DNA of 18,497 nucleotides from a virus: UHGV virus genome UHGV-0380155; one strand, 5' to 3'. Shown piece by piece: positions 15,473 to 18,497 of this stretch (position 1 is its first letter; each line of letters starts with the position of its first letter). The notes under the pieces were generated by a model. It saw only the letters and a program-made list of their open reading frames with translations, ran no database searches and was not told where the DNA came from. The position numbers and the translations under genes were made by a program.

Positions 15473-17410
15473 TCAGCCACCGGACGCAGTTCCGTAGTTC
15501 ACACCGGTGATCACCGCCACTGCCGCGGTACGGCGACGACGCCAGTTGATCCAGCGCTCCGCACGGATGGCCACGCTGCCGGTCTGAAACATGGAGACCA
15601 GTTCCACCGGTGACGGTGTGCTGCTGTCGCCGCCCGGCTCAGACTGCATTTCCAGTGACGCTTCACGGGACATATCCACTGCCACACCGCCGTCATCCGC
15701 CAGATAAATATCCGGCGCATTCACCAGTACCAGCTGGTCACCCACATACTGGGAGACAATCACCGGCAGCCCCTGGAAGGTCCCGCCCAGCAGGGTCATG
15801 TCCGGATATTCCTTCTGCCCCAGCGCATTTTTACGCATGGACAGCGCCAGGGCATTCGTGCTGGACATCAGCCAGACCGCACCGGTGGGCTGCAGATTTG
15901 CCGTCACAAACTGGCCAAACGCGGCCTCGGCATCCGCATCCGGGTTACCGGTTGATGCCGTGCCCTTCACATCATGGGTGATGGACGCCGGGGAGACATC
16001 CGCCACCGCCGCTTTTTTCGGGTCCACAAAGTCTGTGTCCAGACGCGCCACCACCGCTTCTGCCAGCGCATTACGGACCAGCGCATCAGCTGCCGGACTG
16101 GAAAAACGGATCAGCTCTTCCGTCAGTACCGCAATGGCCGACACCTTCGCATGACTGAAGGTGATGGATTCAAAATCAAACTTCGTCAGGGGTCTGGCCT
16201 TACCCTCCCCCACCCAGCCGGCAGCACCACCGGACACCTGGGCATGCACGCGGATATTGAACGGCACCTGACGAAGTGCAGGGATCCCGCCCTGACCAAA
16301 TCGCCCGATAATGGTCTGCGGACGCAGGTAATCAATAAAGTCCTGCGCATATTCCTGGTATTCAGACAGGCTGCCTGCCCACTGCGGGTCCGTGGTGGTC
16401 CCTGCCCCCACCGCCGATTTCAGGACATGATGCAGACGACTGTCATCCGGATACTGACGACGGGCCACTTCCAGGGCTTCAGATCGGACGCCTTTAGCCG
16501 CAGCCAGCGATTTGGCAAAGCGGGCGAAGCCAATCCCCTTATCCAGTTTCTGCTCCACACGGATCACCGGCGCAGAAGCCACCGCGGCCACATTCCCGTT
16601 ACCGGCCTGTTTCACCGGCTGCGCCGTGGCGGCCTTACCGGCTTCCAGTTCACGCAGGCGCTTCAGGTGCGCATCCACCTGACGGATTTCCGCTGCGGTG
16701 TTGTCGTAATGCTCTTCCTCCTCCACATCCAGCGTGCGCCCTTCCTCTGCGGCTTTGGTCATGACCTCCTCAAGGGAGGCTGCCAGCGCTGCACGCTTGT
16801 TTTCAAAACTTTTAATCTGTTCGCCAATATTCATTATGGTCTTTTCCTTATGAAAAACGGTTGTTGACTGTGCCGCAGCGCCGGCAGAAGATGCGATTTT
16901 CACCACCGGTTTCCGGTTGCCGGACGCGGCAGAAAACGGGCGGTCGTAAGATTTAATGGCCCGGATGGTGCATTCCGCATTCGCGGGCACGGTGACGGCA
17001 GACACCTCCATCAGCTCCCAGCGCAGAAAATGCAGTCCGCCTCCGTCCAGAAAGGTGTATTCATGGGGACGGAAGCCCACGGACAGCCCCCTGACCAGCC
17101 CGGTCTTAATGGCCGCCCAGACCTCATCCAGCCGGGCAGCCAGTTGCGACGGCATATCCGGTACGGGCTTCACCAGTGTTGCCGTGATTTCCAGCCCTTC
17201 GCTGACCCGGCGCACCGTACACTGCCCCACCGGGCGGGAATGGTCATGCTGCCAGAGAAACGGGATCGCACTGCCAAACTCCGCGCCCTCCGGCTCCAGG
17301 ATGTCACCATCCCGATCCGGAGAAGGCGTTGACGCAATCCCGGTGATCACCCGTTCATCCTCACTGAAGGATTTCACCGTCAGCAGGGAACAGGCCCGTT
17401 TAAGAGTCAC
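15473..17410 (-). CDS. Prohead protease (HK97/S78 family) fused in frame to an HK97-fold major capsid protein
   Basis: 645 aa. N-terminal ~180 aa carry ...ITGIASTPSPDRDGDI...PFLWQHD...GLSVGF...MEVSAVTVPAN... (S78 protease). From MNIGEQIKSFENKRAALAASLEEV... onward it looks like a capsid delta domain plus HK97-like capsid body. GTG start with AGGAGG 5 nt upstream. Confidence 0.85.
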   Translation of the reverse strand: MTLKRACSLLTVKSFSEDERVITGIASTPSPDRDGDILEPEGAEFGSAIPFLWQHDHSRPVGQCTVRRVSEGLEITATLVKPVPDMPSQLAARLDEVWAAIKTGLVRGLSVGFRPHEYTFLDGGGLHFLRWELMEVSAVTVPANAECTIRAIKSYDRPFSAASGNRKPVVKIASSAGAAAQSTTVFHKEKTIMNIGEQIKSFENKRAALAASLEEVMTKAAEEGRTLDVEEEEHYDNTAAEIRQVDAHLKRLRELEAGKAATAQPVKQAGNGNVAAVASAPVIRVEQKLDKGIGFARFAKSLAAAKGVRSEALEVARRQYPDDSRLHHVLKSAVGAGTTTDPQWAGSLSEYQEYAQDFIDYLRPQTIIGRFGQGGIPALRQVPFNIRVHAQVSGGAAGWVGEGKARPLTKFDFESITFSHAKVSAIAVLTEELIRFSSPAADALVRNALAEAVVARLDTDFVDPKKAAVADVSPASITHDVKGTASTGNPDADAEAAFGQFVTANLQPTGAVWLMSSTNALALSMRKNALGQKEYPDMTLLGGTFQGLPVIVSQYVGDQLVLVNAPDIYLADDGGVAVDMSREASLEMQSEPGGDSSTPSPVELVSMFQTGSVAIRAERWINWRRRRTAAVAVITGVNYGTASGG

Positions 17411-17422
17411 ATCAGCCTCCTG

Positions 17423-17448
17423 AAAATAAAAAAACCGCCGGAGCGGTT
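17423..17448 (-). terminator. Terminator-like hairpin plus U-tract upstream of the protease-capsid gene
   Basis: Stem AACCGC/GCGGTT with loop UCCG, then U8AUUUUCAGGAGG on the minus strand. Confidence 0.35.
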
Positions 17449-17473
17449 CGTGATGGTTACAGTGTGAACAGGG

Positions 17474-18497
17474 TTATATGAAAAAAACCGCATATTCTTT
17501 CTTTTTCGGTTCCGGGTTAAGGGACATCAGGGAGACCGCATTGAACAGCGCCATCAGCGGGTCAATTTTTCCCCGTCCACTGACCTGTTTGGTGATAAGA
17601 ATGGCGTTACCTTTAGGCTCCACCCGGGCATTGCCGACACACCAGGCCATCAGGGGCTGGTCACCATGCACCAGCACCCCTTCAGCCAGTTTGCGCTCGG
17701 TGGTTTTAATGGCCCCGCCCAGTTTCCAGCCCTGGCTTATCCCCACCACAATTCCGTCGGGGATCCCGGCTTCCGCCAGTGAATCCAGAATCTGCCCCAC
17801 CCCTGACGGGTCAATACCGATATGGTCCAGTAACTCAGCCTCATGAATGCGACGCACATATTCCGCCACTTCAGCCGTGTCATCCCCGACACGCCGGACA
17901 ATGGTCATATCTCCACAGGCAACAAGATCCTGAAACCGGGACGCCTCGCTCTTCCGTCGGACCACCGCGGTTTCATGCGCCCAGGCATGGCCCCAGCCCA
18001 GCCATTCGCGGGTCTCCCGGTCACGACGGGATACCTGACCGTAACAGTTATTTGAGCGAATACGGCAGTCCCTGCCACCGTCCTTAATCCACCAGCGAAT
18101 CGCCTCACACGCTCCCCTGCGATCACCTGCATTAATTCGTTTATAAAACGTCGACGGAAAACACTTACCGGGGCCAATGTTGTACGGACAGAATGACGCG
18201 ATCCCCGCTTTCTGGGGTTCACTCAATGGCACTCTGATGTTTTTCTCCACCCATGCCAGCGCCTTATCACGCTCAATGGCGTTAACCCGGTCGCATTTTT
18301 CCTTCGACAACTTCATGCCCGGAACGACAGGTTTGCCATCCACCAGGATGGCACCGCGGCAGATGGTCCAGATACCCGCGCCATCACGGTATGCCGTGGT
18401 GTGGTTACCTTCCTTTTCATCCAGAAACTGGTCGAGAATGTCAGGCGCAGGCGCACCAGCGGCAATCAGCGCCAGAACGGCAGCCGACAGGCCGTAT
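17474..18497 (-). CDS. In-frame chimeric ORF: SAR-endolysin (GH24, P21 R-like) continuing into a terminase-large-subunit-like C-terminus; 5' end outside the window
   Basis: Hand translation from the window edge gives ...LSAAVLALIAAGAPAP... (SAR-like segment), the E-x8-D-x5-T lysozyme motif (EGNHTTAYRDGAGIWT) and ...KRINAGDRRGACEAIRWW..., like P21 R as recalled. The frame then runs ~175 more codons, ending ...LVHGDQPLMAWCVGNARVEPKGNAILITKQVSGRGKIDPLMALFNAV..., which resembles TerL C-termini as recalled. Confidence 0.55.
   Translation of the reverse strand, partial: YGLSAAVLALIAAGAPAPDILDQFLDEKEGNHTTAYRDGAGIWTICRGAILVDGKPVVPGMKLSKEKCDRVNAIERDKALAWVEKNIRVPLSEPQKAGIASFCPYNIGPGKCFPSTFYKRINAGDRRGACEAIRWWIKDGGRDCRIRSNNCYGQVSRRDRETREWLGWGHAWAHETAVVRRKSEASRFQDLVACGDMTIVRRVGDDTAEVAEYVRRIHEAELLDHIGIDPSGVGQILDSLAEAGIPDGIVVGISQGWKLGGAIKTTERKLAEGVLVHGDQPLMAWCVGNARVEPKGNAILITKQVSGRGKIDPLMALFNAVSLMSLNPEPKKKEYAVFFI

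Noticed and set aside
1..18497. Searched for CRISPR arrays, tRNA/rRNA genes, integrase or attachment sites, and IS elements
   Set aside because: No repeat-spacer arrays, tRNA-like cloverleaf candidates, recombinase genes or terminal inverted repeats were seen. The only tandem repeats are the coding repeats at ~13230-13700.

Overview
The window is almost entirely the late operon (lysis -> head -> tail) of a lambdoid prophage, encoded on the minus strand and read from high to low coordinates. At the right edge is the 3' part of a SAR-endolysin ORF that continues in frame into a terminase-large-subunit-like C-terminus. Next come HK97-type head genes: a prohead protease-major capsid fusion, the portal, a tandem-repeat protein, and gp6/gp7/gp10-like connector genes. 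Then follow lambda-like tail genes V, G/T (with a conserved -1 frameshift site), H, M, L, K, I and the start of J, which runs off the left edge. Three AT-rich insertions interrupt the GC-rich tail block: (1) an OmpC/NmpC-family porin moron between M and L; (2) a ~2.1 kb module between L and K with two divergent Arc/Mnt-like ribbon-helix-helix genes sharing a repeat-rich operator region, one followed by a ClpP-fold protein and the other by a KilA-N protein; (3) a 240-bp I-J spacer carrying a plus-strand promoter and terminator, a candidate small RNA. The L-K module is the best candidate for an undescribed system. All calls come from reading and hand-translating the sequence; no database search was run, and small-feature coordinates may be off by 1-2 nt.
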